Shown: positions 15,442 to 16,323 of the stretch, one piece after another
How the letters are laid out: every line of letters starts with the position of its first letter
Position numbering within the stretch: the stretch's first letter is position 1
Assembly: GCA_040754655.1 (NCBI GenBank)
Contig: JBFMCE010000089.1
Location: forward strand, 1-16,323
DNA length: 16,323 nt
Reading direction: 5' to 3'
Source: Bdellovibrionota bacterium
GTDB lineage: Bacteria; Bdellovibrionota; UBA1018; UBA923
Translations under genes and position numbers: made by a program
Notes under the pieces: generated by a model
The model's database searches: none
The model's input: only the letters and a program-made list of their open reading frames with translations
Told to the model about the DNA's origin: nothing

Positions 15442-16323
<882 letters not shown>

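Overview
Gene-dense bacterial accessory region with no rRNA, tRNA or CRISPR array that I could detect. The lineage may be Bdellovibrionota/Oligoflexia-like, which is only an inference from protein style. The left ~2.9 kb looks like a decaying island. It holds a 5'-truncated hypothetical gene with a probable -1 frameshift at T_TTT_TTC and a signal-peptide ORF coupled (ATGA) to an orphan BrnA/CopG-type antitoxin. It also holds a zinc-dependent nucleoside deaminase just downstream of an intact RelE-like killer/HTH antidote pair with a palindromic operator, and a recombinase-domain pseudogene absent from the ORF track. The middle encodes a secreted hypothetical protein, a CMD-family protein, a secreted FeeM/GNAT-like protein, a TetR regulator, and a secreted acetoacetate-decarboxylase-fold protein behind a palindromic operator. 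On the right, two paralogous Pro-rich-linker serine esterases (CE1/PHB-depolymerase-like) face inward. Between them lie a putative sigma54 SDR + VKOR/SPW operon, an FMN-binding PNPOx-like gene, and an Lrp/AsnC regulator divergent from a PLP decarboxylase + SAM methyltransferase operon. All family calls come from motif recognition by eye, not database searches.
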